A stretch of DNA of 57,540 nucleotides from Actinomycetota bacterium (GCA_027729805.1 JAQCEO010000005.1:1-57540); one strand, 5' to 3'. Positions 45,624-56,600 are shown, counted from the stretch's first letter. The notes: a model not told the origin generated them from the letters alone. A program made the numbers and translations.

Positions 45624-46037
45624 TCACGCCTTCGGCGCGCCCGCTTTCTTGGCAGCCGCCTTCTTGGCAGCCGCCTTCTTGGCAGCCGCCTTCTTGGCAG
45701 CCGCGGCGGCTGCATCCTGAGCTGTCTCGGCCAGTTCTTGGGCCACCGAGGCAGTTTGCCTGGCCGCCTTCTTGGCCGAGGCGCCAACCGCATCTGCAGT
45801 GTCAGCAACATTGGCAGCGGTGTCGGTGACCGCCTGTGCCGCTCGATCGGCCACCTTGGCTGCGACATCAGCAGCCGAGGCAACTCCCCCCGCGGCGACA
45901 TCGGCAGTCGTGGCAACTGACTTCGGCCAGGTTTCGGTGACATCAGCTAGCGCTGAGACAGAGCCACGCCGCTTCCAGATCACTAGTCCGGCCGCGGCGC
46001 CGGCCGCAGCGGCGAGCGCTAGGAGCACTTTCTTCAT
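45624..46037 (-). CDS. Membrane-anchored Ala-rich protein with Lys/Ala tail
   Basis: N-terminal hydrophobic anchor, Ala-rich helical repeats, (AAAKK)4 tail; GGGAG RBS. Confidence 0.8.
   Translation of the reverse strand: MKKVLLALAAAAGAAAGLVIWKRRGSVSALADVTETWPKSVATTADVAAGGVASAADVAAKVADRAAQAVTDTAANVADTADAVGASAKKAARQTASVAQELAETAQDAAAAAAKKAAAKKAAAKKAAAKKAGAPKA
45646..45704. repeat. 15-nt tandem repeat x4
   Basis: TTCTTGGCAGCCGCC repeated; encodes AAAKK. Confidence 0.95.
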
Positions 46038-46099
46038 GGACTCTCCCTTGGCTAACTGACTAACTTGGCGAGGGTGCGAACAAGTTGACGGTAACACCC

Positions 46100-47290
46100 T
46101 TAGGATAGTGCGCGCTTAGCCATTTTAGCGATCCCCGAAGCCGAAGTACCGGCTTTTAGGAAGCTGATGAACTTCTCGGTGACCTCAGAACTCGCCAGAA
46201 ACGCATCCCGGCCTTCTGGGGTCAGGCTCATCGCGTACTCACACACCCTGGCCCATGCCATCCCCACCGCCTTGGTAAGTGCACCCGCAACAGTGGCCGA
46301 AATTGCCGAACCCGCGATGGCGCCACCCGGAACGAATTTCAAGAGATTGGTAACCGCGTATTTACCCGCCAAAGTTGCACCACCGGTTAAGACCACGGAG
46401 CCGGCGATCGCCAGCGCGCGGGTTCGACTCGGTGGCAATCCGTATGCGGCGGTGATGCGAGCTATCATCGCGACCTGGTTAGGTACCAGCAGCGCCGCAT
46501 CGGCGAATGGGATTGGCGTCGCTCCGATACCTGCCGCTAGGACGGCCGCTTGGTTAACGATGCCAACGACGGCTTTTTTTTTACGTCTCAGGTCAACTAC
46601 CTGAGATGCCGTCAAGGCGCGCTCGGCGGCGACCGGAACCACATCGTAGGTCTCATCCAGCAACTGCTGTAAGCCGAACACCGGTGCCGCCGTGAAGGGG
46701 TCAACTAAGGCATTGGTAAGGACGACTTGACCAGCTGGCGCTAATGGCAGTCCCAGGCTTTCGATATATGCCGCAAATTCGAGCGCCTCTGGGTGCACCT
46801 GCCCATCGCGAGTAGGAACCTGAGTCATGACAACTATTACTGGCAACCCAAGGTCCTGTAATTCGCGCACGAAGCCCGCCTGCGCTTGCTCGAATCGGCG
46901 ATCGGACCAGCGCACTAGGTACCAGACCGCGTGAATGCGTTCGTCAATCGCGCGTTGACCGTGGTCGCTGACCAATTTGCGAAGTCCCTCGAGGATTACA
47001 TTGCCCGAGGTGCCGGTCTCGAAGCCTTCCGCGTCATAAAGGCCAAGGAAGCCATCGGGGTGACGGTAGTAGACCAAGCCTTTGGTAACTGTTTGACCAA
47101 CTCCGGTGCGGGCAACATCGCGGCCGAACACCGCATTTACCAGCGTGGACTTGCCGGCACCGGTCTTGCCGAAAACCGCGAGATTGAAAGTGCCTAGAGC
47201 GGCGAATGCCTCGGCCAATTTCTGCTCAAACATGGTCTCGACCTCGGCTTGGTCTAGATCAGGAACTCTCGCGCTGGAATCGCCGGCCAC
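46100..47290 (-). CDS. P-loop GTPase fused to DUF697/YcjF-like membrane domain
   Basis: GKTGAGKS, DAEGF, PIPFADAALL, glycine-zipper helices. Confidence 0.82.
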   Translation of the reverse strand: MAGDSSARVPDLDQAEVETMFEQKLAEAFAALGTFNLAVFGKTGAGKSTLVNAVFGRDVARTGVGQTVTKGLVYYRHPDGFLGLYDAEGFETGTSGNVILEGLRKLVSDHGQRAIDERIHAVWYLVRWSDRRFEQAQAGFVRELQDLGLPVIVVMTQVPTRDGQVHPEALEFAAYIESLGLPLAPAGQVVLTNALVDPFTAAPVFGLQQLLDETYDVVPVAAERALTASQVVDLRRKKKAVVGIVNQAAVLAAGIGATPIPFADAALLVPNQVAMIARITAAYGLPPSRTRALAIAGSVVLTGGATLAGKYAVTNLLKFVPGGAIAGSAISATVAGALTKAVGMAWARVCEYAMSLTPEGRDAFLASSEVTEKFISFLKAGTSASGIAKMAKRALS

Positions 47291-47351
47291 TTAGTTACCG
47301 TACCCGGGCGTCGTTACCAACACCCGGACGCCTTCGGGTTACCGTGACCTA

Positions 47352-47909
47352 GTGGCTAAGGGCAGTATCGGACGAGGGTTGCGGTCTCTCTTTATTCTCT
47401 GCATTGCCCTAGCCCTGGTCGGGGCGGGCGGCTGGTGGGCCTTAACTGCCGCCCGGCAGCGCGGTTTGATCGGGCCCTCCCCGGTACCCGCCCAGTACCG
47501 TGAGTTGGTTTTCGAGGCGGCCGCCCGCTGCCCAGCCATTCCACTAGCCATCTTCGCGGCTCAGATGGAGGCGGAAAGTGGCTGGGACCCGCGGGCAGCA
47601 AGTGGCGCTGGCGCCCGAGGTATTGCCCAGTTCATGCCCAAGGTCTGGCAGGCCTATGGGATCGACGCCAATAACGACGGCAAGACCAGTGTCTGGGACC
47701 CAGCCGATGCGTTGGCCTCGGCGGCCGAGCTAAATTGCCGCAACCGGCGACTTGTCAAAGATGTGTCCGGGGATCGCTTGGAGAACACACTCGCGGCCTA
47801 CAACGCCGGGTATGGAGCGGTCACGAAGTACGACGGGGTCCCCCCGTTTCCGGAAACCATAAAGTACGTGAAGAAAATCCTAGAGAACGCGAAAGTCATC
47901 ACTTGGTAA
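47352..47909 (+). CDS. Lytic transglycosylase (SLT domain)
   Basis: AQMEAESGW, GARGIAQFMP, LAAYNAG, PPFPETIKYV. Confidence 0.9.
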   Translation: MAKGSIGRGLRSLFILCIALALVGAGGWWALTAARQRGLIGPSPVPAQYRELVFEAAARCPAIPLAIFAAQMEAESGWDPRAASGAGARGIAQFMPKVWQAYGIDANNDGKTSVWDPADALASAAELNCRNRRLVKDVSGDRLENTLAAYNAGYGAVTKYDGVPPFPETIKYVKKILENAKVITW

Positions 47910-48014
47910 CTAATCGCTTTTCAGCTTTGCCGATCAGATGTCGCCTCGTCCATTGTTACTACCGGCCATCTCGAAAAACTTCGAACCCAAAAGTGAAGCC
48001 AGCCCATTTAGGAC

Positions 48015-48839
48015 CTACCGGATCAGGGCGATTGACTGCAGATTCTCTAACACCAGCACGCCATCTCGCGTCCAAAGCCGCCTGGTCTCACTGGTGAATC
48101 CGGCAGTTGCCCCAAGTAGGAAGGATTCAAAGATAAGTGGCTCCGATACCGGGATAGTGGCCGGATCCGTTAAAAGATGTGCTGCGAAATTTACCGTAGC
48201 CAGCGGCCGCATTTGTTGCATCGGCACCAGTACGGTCGGCCACCAGGCGTCAACGATCCCAAAAACTTGCGGCACCGACCAGTGCCGTTGTTGGGGAAAC
48301 CGCACCCAGCCCAGAGCCCGAGCCGGTCCTTTACTCATCGGGACGCCCTCGACAAGGCGTTGTTCAATATGCCTCGAAAACGGCGGCCCAAAATCCGGGA
48401 GCACCAGCACTGGTACCTGCTCCCAGTGCGGTACCTGCGGCGCGGTGATAGTCGACCAGGTTGACACCGGCGGCTGGTCAGCGAGCTCGCGATCCAATCC
48501 AGTAATCGCGGTGACCTGAGCCGTTGGTACGCCCGATTCGTCGGTCACGGCTGCCGACCAGGTCGACATCGCAGAGCCTCGGCGGATCAACGTGGTGGTG
48601 ATTTTTTGGACGCCGACGAGGACCGGAGCGTAGATCTGGCAGTTAACTGACCGAACTAACCGTTGGCCGTCGTCCAAGTAATCGCTATCTTGGGCGGCGA
48701 TCACGGACCTAATTAATGCGCCGACGGGCAATCCACCCCAGGCACCACGGCCCTGTTGCCAGCCATCGGGCACCACCCATTCGAATACCCCTTCCGAGAT
48801 TTCGGATACGGCGGTCACCTGATCAAAATCCGTAGACAT
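48015..48839 (-). CDS. Acyl-CoA thioesterase-like (double hotdog) protein
   Basis: WQQGRGAWGG, IRRG, DAWWP. Confidence 0.82.
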   Translation of the reverse strand: MSTDFDQVTAVSEISEGVFEWVVPDGWQQGRGAWGGLPVGALIRSVIAAQDSDYLDDGQRLVRSVNCQIYAPVLVGVQKITTTLIRRGSAMSTWSAAVTDESGVPTAQVTAITGLDRELADQPPVSTWSTITAPQVPHWEQVPVLVLPDFGPPFSRHIEQRLVEGVPMSKGPARALGWVRFPQQRHWSVPQVFGIVDAWWPTVLVPMQQMRPLATVNFAAHLLTDPATIPVSEPLIFESFLLGATAGFTSETRRLWTRDGVLVLENLQSIALIR

Positions 48840-48921
48840 TCCTCGCCTGCTCACAAGTTGCGTTGCCTTACATCCAAGACCCCTAAAGGCTACTGCCCAA
48901 GGGTGCGACGCTATCGGTTTT

Positions 48922-50253
48922 CTAGACGCCGGCCGACGTGGCCGGGGTGGCGGTACCCGCATCGGTGACCGTTGCCGTATCAGGCGTGGCACTGTGCAGC
49001 GCCGACTTCTTCAGCCAACTTGACCACGGGATATTCCAAAGCCCGCCCGGGCCATTCCATGGCTGCACGGTTGAGCCGCCGGTTTTTGAGTAGATCACGA
49101 CATCCCCGGGGGCGGTATTGTCAAAGATCCACTTCGCGTCCGCCTCGAACATATTGGTGCAGCCGTGGGAGCCATTCCATTTCCCGATGCGCCAATAGGC
49201 CCAAGGAGCTGAATGCATGAATTCACCGGTTGGCGTTAAGCGCGTGTTCCATGGCACATCCGGCAGGAGGTATTGATCATTTGGGTCGGTGATGGCCAGT
49301 GCCGCACTCGAGTAAGTGTGCAACGGTTCCTTATCGACACTGATCACTTTTACGCCATTCCTTGTTTCCCACCCGGTAGTACCAAGCGAAACCGGAAATA
49401 TCTTGCGTTTAATACCGTCTATATAGACGTTCATTTGGTAGGAAGCGCCGTCAACCTTGATGACGACACTATTACCCGTCAAGAAGGTATAGGTGCGCGC
49501 CAGAGCCGTAGAGCCAACTAAATACGTACGTCCACTTCGCCCCAGAACTGAGTTGTCCAGTGTCGAAGTGATGTTGATAGTCGAGTTACCCGGCCACCAG
49601 GTACGCGGCCGAAATACAGCGGTGCGGTCATCGAGCCATCCCCAGGCGCCGTGAACCCCGAGCACCACGCCAACTTGGCTGGTAGCGGTGACGGCAAGAT
49701 TTCTTTCGACCATAGCCTTATTGGGAATATCGCGACTGAATCGAAGTCTCGGCAAGGTACCCACCCCAAGTCGCATGGTGGGGCTCGTAATACCAAGGTC
49801 GTTACTTGCAGCATTAAAGGTCGCACCGACGCGCACCCGCGGTTTCGGCAGGACCTTTGGGTTATCGGTCGAACCACTACCCGATGCGGCCGGAATCCCG
49901 ATGCCGGCTTTGCTTATTTCCCCCGCCCCGCTGGCATTGACCGCGCGCAACACGACCGAGTAGGTCCGCCCCCTTGCCAAACTACCCAGCGGGCAGACCC
50001 CGGCGGTACCGACACAGGTGTACCAATTGGTGCCACCGTCAAGTGAGGCCTGATACGAGGTGATCGGCGATCCGCCATCAGCTGCTGGCGCCGTATAAAT
50101 GACCTGTAATTCGGTAGCCGCCGAGCCGGGGGTTACCGACGTAATGGTCGGTGCGGACGGGTACGGCTCGGCCGCCACCGCTGGTCCCACAATAAGGACG
50201 GTGCCCGATAGACCGGCAGCTAAAGCCAAGGCAAGGCGTAGGAAAGTGCGCAC
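48922..50253 (-). CDS. Secreted L,D-transpeptidase with N-terminal FN3 domain
   Basis: DGGSPITSY..RAVNASGAG (FN3); FMHSAPW...GSHGC catalytic motif. Confidence 0.9.
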   Translation of the reverse strand: MRTFLRLALALAAGLSGTVLIVGPAVAAEPYPSAPTITSVTPGSAATELQVIYTAPAADGGSPITSYQASLDGGTNWYTCVGTAGVCPLGSLARGRTYSVVLRAVNASGAGEISKAGIGIPAASGSGSTDNPKVLPKPRVRVGATFNAASNDLGITSPTMRLGVGTLPRLRFSRDIPNKAMVERNLAVTATSQVGVVLGVHGAWGWLDDRTAVFRPRTWWPGNSTINITSTLDNSVLGRSGRTYLVGSTALARTYTFLTGNSVVIKVDGASYQMNVYIDGIKRKIFPVSLGTTGWETRNGVKVISVDKEPLHTYSSAALAITDPNDQYLLPDVPWNTRLTPTGEFMHSAPWAYWRIGKWNGSHGCTNMFEADAKWIFDNTAPGDVVIYSKTGGSTVQPWNGPGGLWNIPWSSWLKKSALHSATPDTATVTDAGTATPATSAGV

Positions 50254-50310
50254 CCACATACTGTAAAACACTTTTCCGGGTTTGCTGACCAACTAGCTAG
50301 CCCCCGGAAC

Positions 50311-51762
50311 CTAGCCCGAGATGATTATCAACCGCTCCTCGGTCATCTCGCGCACCGAGTACGCCGGTCCCTCTCTGGTATTGCCCGAATCCCGGATGCC
50401 GCCATAAGGCATCTGGTCGGCCCGCCAAGTGGGCACCTCGTTGATGAGCACCCCGCCGAAGTCCAAAGTCCGCGCCGCCTGCAGGCCTTTGGCGATATCA
50501 GAGGTGAATACCGCCGCCTGCAGGCCGTACCGGGTGTCATTTGCGATCTGCAGCGCTTGGTCATAGGACTCGTACGTCTGCACCGCCACCACCGGGCCGA
50601 AGACCTCATGGGCGCAGATATTCATCTCCGGTTTCGCATTGACGATCACGGTCGGGAGCAGAACCCCATTGGCATCGAGCTCCCCGCCGCAGGCCACCTG
50701 CCCTCCGGCTGATACCGCCTCGCTGATCCAGCCAACAACCCGGTCGCGTTCTGCCCGTGAAATCAATGCGGATACGTCGGTGGTCTCCGCCATCGGGTCA
50801 CCAACCACCAACTCATTAACGTTCGCAACAAGCTTCGCAACGAACTCATCTGCAATGCTCTCGTGCACGAGCACCCGCTGCGTGGAAATACATGATTGAC
50901 CAGCATGTGCAAACCCGGCCAATTTGATCTTCGCGGCCGCGGTGGCCCAATCACCATCGGCCTCGATAATCACCGGTGCATTGTTGCCCAGTTCGAGGCC
51001 TACCCGCTTACGCGGGGCCCGTGCCCGAATCCCCCAGCCAACATCGGGTGACCCGGTGAAACTAATGAGTGCCACATCCGGGTGATCAACTAGTGCATTG
51101 CCTACCGTGCCACCACTTCCGGTGACGATCTGTAGGTAACCATCGGGTAAGCCGGCATCGGCGAGTAACCGCGCTAACAGGATTGACGAGAACGGGGTTT
51201 GGGACGCCGGTTTTAGCACCACCGCGCAGCCAGCCGCAATTGCCGGCCCCACTTTGTGCACTACCAAGTTGAGCGGGAAGTTAAATGGCGAGATAGCTCC
51301 GACCACCCCAACCGGCACCCGAAGGGTGAAGCCAATCTTGCCGGCACCAACCGCTGCGGCTTCCAACGGCACAGTGTCACCTGTCAGAGTGCGCGCCACC
51401 GCACCAGAGAACTGGAAAGTGGCGATCGCCCGATCGGCTTCCCCACGTGCGGTCTTGATCGGCTTTGCGGCCTCGCGGGCAATAGCGATCGCAAAGTCAT
51501 CACGGCGCTCGGCCATCAAGTGGGCGGCTTTATCCAAGATCTCGGCCCGTTGCCATTGGGCCAACGGCCGCTCATGCATCGCTTTGCGCGCGTAGGCAAC
51601 CGCCCGATCAACATCGGCCGCCGTCAACGCCGGCACCTGACCTAATAAGGCGCCATCAAATGGCGAATGTACGTCGATAACCGCGCCACCAGCGATCAAC
51701 TCTCCGCAGACTGGGACGGGGGTGACTTCGGTCGTGGCGATTCCGGGGATGAATTGCGTCAT
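50311..51762 (-). CDS. Aldehyde dehydrogenase
   Basis: PFNFP, FTGS, LELG, GQSC, EVFGP. Confidence 0.93.
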   Translation of the reverse strand: MTQFIPGIATTEVTPVPVCGELIAGGAVIDVHSPFDGALLGQVPALTAADVDRAVAYARKAMHERPLAQWQRAEILDKAAHLMAERRDDFAIAIAREAAKPIKTARGEADRAIATFQFSGAVARTLTGDTVPLEAAAVGAGKIGFTLRVPVGVVGAISPFNFPLNLVVHKVGPAIAAGCAVVLKPASQTPFSSILLARLLADAGLPDGYLQIVTGSGGTVGNALVDHPDVALISFTGSPDVGWGIRARAPRKRVGLELGNNAPVIIEADGDWATAAAKIKLAGFAHAGQSCISTQRVLVHESIADEFVAKLVANVNELVVGDPMAETTDVSALISRAERDRVVGWISEAVSAGGQVACGGELDANGVLLPTVIVNAKPEMNICAHEVFGPVVAVQTYESYDQALQIANDTRYGLQAAVFTSDIAKGLQAARTLDFGGVLINEVPTWRADQMPYGGIRDSGNTREGPAYSVREMTEERLIIISG

Positions 51763-51792
51763 GACCGCAATCTAGACCGATAGGCTCCCCGG
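51763..51792. promoter_or_regulatory. Back-to-back leaderless promoters
   Basis: CAT-N6-AATCTA-N6-TAGGCT-N6-ATG. Confidence 0.7.
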
Positions 51793-52722
51793 ATGTCCCC
51801 CAGAGGCGAAGTTCTTACTGTGACGAGCCTCACCAAGAGGTTCGGCAAGGTTTCGGCCGTCCTTGATCTGTCGTTCGCGGTGCAACCGGGCCGGGTGACC
51901 GGGTTCCTCGGACCCAATGGCTCGGGTAAAACCACCACCCTGCGCTGCCTCCTTGGCTTAGTGCAGCCCACCAGCGGTACGGCTCAGGTCGGCGGCCATG
52001 ACTATCGCGAGTTACCGCATCCTGCGGCCGTGGTCGGTGCAACACTTGAGGCCAGTGGTTTTCACCCCGGACGCACCGCCCGTGGCCACCTTCGGGTTAT
52101 TACCGATGCGGCGGCACTACCCCAGGCCCGGGCCGATGAAGTTCTCGAGCTCGTGGGCCTAACCGAAGCAGCCGGCCGCAAGGTGGGTGGTTTCTCCCTC
52201 GGCATGCGTCAGCGCTTGGCCCTGGCAGCGGCCTTGGTCGGCGACCCCGGGGTACTTATCTTGGACGAGCCCGCAAATGGCCTTGATCCCGAAGGCATCG
52301 CTTGGCTTAGGAGTTTCTTGCGGGCCCGCGCCGAAGAAGGACGCACGGTCTTGGTCTCCAGCCATGTTCTTTCCGAGGTGCAGCAAACGGTTGATGACGT
52401 AATCATCATCAGCAAAGGCCGGTTGGTTCAGGCTGGATCACTTGAAGAACTCACCGGCGCCGGACTTACCCAGGTTCGGGTTCGAACACCGCAACTTGAA
52501 GTCTTAAGGGCCGCACTCTTGGCTGAGGCTGGTAGTGGCGGCGTCCATGTTGAAGTAGTGAGCCCCGTCGAGCTCATGGTCAGCGGGCTCGAAGCTGCCG
52601 AGATCGGCCACCTAGCTTTACGCCAACAGGTAGAACTCCATGAACTCACGCCGGTTGGCACTGACCTCGAAGCACTCTTTCTGGAACTAACCGCCGACGG
52701 CAACCCAGGTGGTGCCGCATGA
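51793..52722 (+). CDS. ABC-2 type transporter ATP-binding protein
   Basis: GPNGSGKT, FSLGMRQR, ILDEP, SSH. Confidence 0.94.
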   Translation: MSPRGEVLTVTSLTKRFGKVSAVLDLSFAVQPGRVTGFLGPNGSGKTTTLRCLLGLVQPTSGTAQVGGHDYRELPHPAAVVGATLEASGFHPGRTARGHLRVITDAAALPQARADEVLELVGLTEAAGRKVGGFSLGMRQRLALAAALVGDPGVLILDEPANGLDPEGIAWLRSFLRARAEEGRTVLVSSHVLSEVQQTVDDVIIISKGRLVQAGSLEELTGAGLTQVRVRTPQLEVLRAALLAEAGSGGVHVEVVSPVELMVSGLEAAEIGHLALRQQVELHELTPVGTDLEALFLELTADGNPGGAA

Positions 52723-53492
52723 TGTCGATGGTGCGTTCTGAGTTCCGCAAAGTCACCACCACCAAGGTGCTGCTTTGGCTAACAATCGCAACGATCGCCT
52801 TTAGCGCACTAAATGTCGTGCTGCTGGTCTTCTTAACGCCACGGGCCATGGACATCGACAGCGACCTCAACTTATTACTTGATCCCGCTTATGTGACAAA
52901 TATTCTCGGGGCTGCCGGATCTTCCTCAATCTTCATCTTGATTCTCGGCATCATCGGCATGACAAGTGAATACCGCCACATGACGATCACCTCAACTTTC
53001 TTGGTCACACCCAAGCGACCCAGGGTGCTAATTGCCAAGGGCATTACCTACGCCCTATTAGGCGCGGCACTTGGCCTGATCGCGTTCATCACTAGTTTCG
53101 CCGTGACCTTGATCGCGCTAATGACCGAGGATCACGCGCCCGTCGACGCCATCATCGCCCTTCAGATCTTGGGCGGCGTTGTCCTCGCCTTCGCAATCTA
53201 TGCCTTCGTCGGGGTTTCGGTAGGCGCGCTCATTCGCAATCAGGTCGCAGCCATCGTCGGCGCACTGGTGTGGGTGCTCATAGTTGAGGCACTACTGACG
53301 GTATTCGTGGACTGGATCGGCAAGTGGCTACCAGGCGGCGCCCTGAATGCGGTGCTCCAAACCACTAATGTCACCGGACGCGGTGGTGCAGACATCTTGC
53401 CCACGGCCACCGGGGTGGTTGTACTCCTTGGCTACGCCGTAATTTTTGGCATCTTGGCGTCGCTGACCACGCTCCGCCGCGACATCACCTGA
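52719..53492 (+). CDS. ABC-2 type transporter permease
   Basis: SEFRK, SEYRH...TPKR...AK, RRDIT C-terminus. Confidence 0.9.
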   Translation: MMSMVRSEFRKVTTTKVLLWLTIATIAFSALNVVLLVFLTPRAMDIDSDLNLLLDPAYVTNILGAAGSSSIFILILGIIGMTSEYRHMTITSTFLVTPKRPRVLIAKGITYALLGAALGLIAFITSFAVTLIALMTEDHAPVDAIIALQILGGVVLAFAIYAFVGVSVGALIRNQVAAIVGALVWVLIVEALLTVFVDWIGKWLPGGALNAVLQTTNVTGRGGADILPTATGVVVLLGYAVIFGILASLTTLRRDIT

Positions 53493-53622
53493 CCTACCCG
53501 GTAGCACGGTGCTGACTGTCATTGCACTCTGCCACAAAGTGGGGTTAGTGCGGGTACTAAAGTTCGGTTGGGCGCAGGTTTTGGTTGGGCGCAGGTATTT
53601 GGACTCCACCTGAAGGGACACC

Positions 53623-56600
53623 GTGGTCACCGACGACGGGGGCACGAGCAGTCGGCACCGACTAGCCAATTTCGGCCCAAATGAATGGCTGGTTGACGAG
53701 ATCTACCAGCAGTTCATCACCGACAAGTTCAGTGTTGATCCCGCTTGGTGGGAGTTCTTCGAGGGCTACTCCCCCAGCGAGCAATCCCCGCTCAAGGTGC
53801 CCGCCCCGGCCGCTGCTACTAAGCCTGAACCTGCAGCTGCGCCTGAACCTGCAGCCGCACCTCAGACCACCGCCCTTAAGGGCCCGGCGGCGCGCGTGGT
53901 CACGAACATGGAAGCCAGTCTTTCGGTACCAACCGCTACCAGTGTGCGCTCGGTACCTGCGAAGTTGCTGATCGATAACCGAGTGGTCATCAACAACCAC
54001 CTAGCCCGCGGCCGTGGCGGCAAGACCTCTTTCACCCATGTCATCGGCTACGCAATCGTGCGAGCCACCATGGAATTGCCCGCCATGAACGCGGCGTACG
54101 CGCAGGTCAATGGCTTGCCCGCGATCGTGACAAATCCCAGCGTCAATCTGGGTCTGGCCATTGACCTAGCCAAACCCGACGGCGCCCGCCAATTGCTCGT
54201 CCCGAATATCAAAGGAGCGGAAAAGATGGACTTTGCCGCCTTCTGGGCCGCCTACGAGGACATCGTCCGTAAGGCTCGCGTCGGTAAATTGACCGTCGAT
54301 GATTTCGCCGGCACCACCGTCTCGCTCACCAACCCGGGCACCATCGGCACCAACCACTCCATCCCCCGACTGATGCAGGGCCAAGGTTGCATCGTCGGTG
54401 TTGGGGCGATGGAATATCCTGCCGAGTGGGCCGGGGCCTCCGCGGAGACCATCACCCGCAATGCGGTTTCGAAGGTCATGACCTTGACGTCCACCTATGA
54501 CCACCGGGTTATTCAAGGTGCCCAGTCCGGTGAATTCCTGCGCCGAATCCACGAACTGCTACTCGGCGAGGATGACTTCTTCGGGGAGATCTTCCGGTCC
54601 CTTCGTATCCCCTACGAGCCGGTGTGCTGGGCCCAGGACATCTCCACCAGCCACGAGACCGATCTCGGTAAAACAGTTCGGGTCCAAGAAATCATTCACG
54701 CATACCGGGTGCGCGGACACCTGATGGCAGACACCGACCCACTCGAATACAAACAGCGCACCCACCCCGACCTCGATGTCCTCTCACATGATTTGACCCT
54801 TTGGGACTTAGACCGGGAGTTTGCCACCGGTGGATTCGGCGGCCGGCCGCTGATGAAACTCCGGGAAATTCTCGGCGTCCTGCGCGATTCCTACACTCGC
54901 ACCGTCGGCACCGAGTACATGCACATCCAAGACCCCGAGCAACGTAAGTGGATTCAAGATCGCGTCGAGATTCCGCACGCCAAACCTGACCGCGATGAGC
55001 AACTTCGGATCCTGCACAAGTTAAACGAGGCCGAGGCACTCGAATCCTTCCTGCAGACCAAGTACGTAGGTCAAAAGCGGTTTTCCTTAGAAGGCGCGGA
55101 ATCACTTATTCCGCTGCTCGATGCCGTACTTGACCAGGCCGCCAATCAGAACATCCTCGAAGTTGCCATCGGCATGCCACACCGCGGGCGACTTAATGTG
55201 CTGACCAACATCGCCGGCAAGTCATACGCGCAGATTTTCCGCGAGTTCGAGGGCCAGTACGGCGAGGAGTCGGTACAAGGATCCGGTGATGTCAAGTACC
55301 ACTTAGGGACCACCGGCACCTACACCGGACGCGGCGGCGCGCAAACTGCCGTGTATTTGGCAGCTAACCCATCACACCTAGAGGCCGTCAACCCCGTTCT
55401 CGAAGGCATCGTGCGCGCAAAACAGGACCAGCTCCCACCTGATCGCATCTATGACATCTTGCCGATACTCATGCACGGCGATGCCGCATTCGCCGGGCAA
55501 GGGGTCGTCGCTGAAACTTTGCATCTTTCCCAATTGCAGGGCTATCGCACCGGTGGCACCGTCCATATAGTCGTTAACAATCAAGTTGGCTTCACCACCA
55601 GCCCGAGATACGGTCGTTCCTCGGTTTATGCCACCGACGTAGCCCGCATGGTGCAATCACCGATCTTCCACGTCAATGGTGATGACCCAGAGGCCATTGT
55701 TCGGGTTGCCCATTTGGCTTTTGAGTATCGGCAGGCCTTCCATAAGGACGTGGTGGTCGACCTAGTTTGCTATCGCCGCCGAGGCCACAATGAAGCCGAT
55801 GATCCCTCGCTAACACAGCCACTGATGTACGCGATCATCGACAATAAGCGCTCGGTGCGCAAGCACTACACAGAGAGCCTCGTCGGGCGTGGTGATATCA
55901 CTGTTGATGAGGCCGAGTCCGCCTTGAAGCACTTCCAGGAGCAACTCGAGCGGATCTTCCAAGAAACCCACAGTGAGGACGGGGCGGACTTCGGCACCCA
56001 CGACCAGGACATCATCAGCGGGGGCCAGCGTGAGCTTGAACTCCAAGGCCCAGCCGCCGAGGTGGTGTCCGGCATCACCAGTGAGCAAATCGAAACCGTC
56101 ATCGCCTCGCAATTGACCATGCCCGCGGATTTCACCGTTCATCCCCGGCTCGCACCCCAACTACAACGCAGGGCCCAGATGGTTGCCGAAGATGCCATCG
56201 ATTGGGGTATGGCCGAGGCACTTGCGGTTGGCTCCCTTTTGATGGAGGGGCGCACCGTGCGATTAGCGGGGCAAGACTCGCGGCGCGGCACCTTCGGGCA
56301 CCGACATATGGTCATCGTCGACAAGGAAACCGGCTGGCAATACAAGCCACTTAAGCAGTGCTACCGCGCTGGCGCGAAGTTGTACGTGTATGACTCACTG
56401 CTAAGTGAGTTTGCCGCAATGGGCTTTGAATATGGCTACTCGGTTGCCCGCCCAGATGCACTAGTCATCTGGGAGGCCCAGTTCGGTGATTTTGCCAATG
56501 GGGCCCAGACCATTCTCGACGAATTCATCTCATCGGGGGAGCAAAAATGGGGGCAGCGGTCAGCTGTCACCCTGTTGTTGCCGCACGGACAGGAGGGCCA

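Noticed and set aside
45646-45704. Tandem repeat as CRISPR or iteron
   Set aside because: Spacerless 15-nt repeat encoding AAAKK inside a CDS.
53823-53860. 18-nt repeat in kgd
   Set aside because: Encodes the variable Pro/Ala linker normal for Kgd.
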